From contig JANJGN010000036.1 of NCBI GenBank assembly GCA_026770705.1, forward strand, positions 1,612,001 to 1,676,000: a stretch of 64,000 nucleotides of DNA, read 5' to 3'. The stretch is from Isurus oxyrinchus. Its lineage: Eukaryota. This document shows, one piece after another, positions 63,056-64,000 of the stretch; positions within the stretch are counted from its first letter, which is position 1; the number at the start of each line of letters is the position of its first letter. A program made the position numbers and the translations under genes. Under the pieces are notes generated by a model that was given only the letters and a program-made list of their open reading frames with translations, was not told the origin of the DNA and made no database searches.

Positions 63056-63382
63056 AGTTTTTATACGGCCCTGTCTCACTGATTATCCCTGCTGAGCTCT
63101 GCCGGACCTGACAGCAAAGACGGCGGCGTCATCCGGATCCAGCTTAAGATGCCCAGAATGAAATTGTTACTGGGGGTATCTGTAGAAGATTGAAATCGGT
63201 TCCTGAAGCGGTACGTCAATTGGTGCCACCACGTGTACTGTGATATAGCAGCCGGACTGGATTGTAACCTGATCACTGACGGTAGCAGTTCACGCTGTAG
63301 CTGCCCACACAGCCGTCCTGAGTCCCATACTGTCCATGAGCGGTCTGACCAGCGGAGACTGGGTCAGAAATTGGGGACAGAT
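63056..63382 (-). pseudogene. Ig light-chain V segment (63084-~63382), sigma-cart-like, with 12-bp-spacer RSS (63056-63083)
   Basis: FLTQSP..GQTA...GCVGSYSVNCYRQ*SG..PVRLLYHSTRGG...FRNRFQSSTDTPSNNFILGI..LDPDDAAV across frameshifts, followed by ATCAGTG-agacagggccgt(12)-ATAAAAACT. Confidence 0.82.
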
Positions 63383-63624
63383 TGTGAACAGAAAGAAAAA
63401 AATAATTATGAACCTGGCCGTTAATGCATCAGTAAATATATGTGCAATACAATCCAGATCTCGGTATTTAACGGATTCCAAGTGACCAAAAAAAGAAAGA
63501 GTCCACAAGAAATGCAGCACTGTACAAGGAGCAGCATTTTCGACGGAGCAGCACCAACAGCAGCGGCCGACATTTCCCATTGCAAAGATCGCTATGAACT
63601 CCAAGAGCTGCTCTGGATAAAACC

Positions 63625-64000
63625 ATAAGACTATAAGACATAGGAGCAGAAATTAGGCCATTCGGCCAATCGAGTATTCTCTGCCATTCAATCAAGGCTG
63701 ATGAGGTTCTCAACCCCTTTCGCCCGCCTTCGCCCCGTAACCTTTGATCCCCTTACCAATCAAGAACCTCTCTATCTCCATCTTAAATACACTCAATGAC
63801 CAGGCCTCCACAGCCTTCTGTGGCAATAAATTCCGTTGATTCACCGCTCTCTTGCTGAAGAACTTTCTCCTCATCTCTGTTCTAAAAGGTCTTCCCTTTA
63901 CTCTGAGGCTGTGCCCTCGGGTCCTAGTCTCTCCTACTAATGGAAATATCTTCCCCATGGCCACTCTATCCAGGCATTTCAGTATTCTGTAAATTTCAAT
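63625..64000 (-). mobile_element. CR1 LINE 3' end (runs off the window)
   Basis: Tail ccataagactataagacataggagc; reverse ORF IFPLVGETRTRGHSLRVKGRPFRTEMRRKFF. Confidence 0.92.

Noticed and set aside
63470-63600. Leader exon and octamer promoter of the IgL pseudo-cluster
   Set aside because: A hydrophobic stretch (MLLLVQCCISCGLFLFLV) and CTTTGCAA are present, but there is no convincing donor or exact ATTTGCAT, so it is not called.

Overview
Repeat-rich vertebrate genomic DNA, almost certainly from a cartilaginous fish (shark): abundant CR1-type LINEs, tRNA-derived SINEs, Penelope-like elements, long degenerate (GA)n/(TG)n tracts and two 130-N gaps. Nearly all ORFs in the track are noise. Reading through splice sites, frameshifts and stops gives an immune/GPCR locus. 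(i) Three two-exon GPR139/GPR142-like class A GPCR genes: one intact (8739-10634, +) and two pseudogenes (21850-24373, +; 50773-53467, -). (ii) A head-to-head pair of non-rearranging antigen-receptor-like genes, each leader / V with germline-contiguous J motif / C1 / TM / cytoplasmic exons (gene A, -, 30080-34888; gene B, +, 40550-42938). Both are disabled in their V exons, while their C1 exons remain open. (iii) A decayed, unrearranged Ig light-chain cluster of the shark sigma-cart (type I/NS5) class, V-12RSS...23RSS-J...C (-, 61367-63382). Three non-coding blocks at 14.7-17.9 kb recur in inverted order around gene B, suggesting that a GPCR + VJ-C1 cassette was duplicated and that the left copy lost its Ig-domain gene. 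Two Penelope insertions have clear target-site duplications and hammerhead-like motifs. All assignments come from manual reading; no database search was run, and repeat boundaries are approximate.
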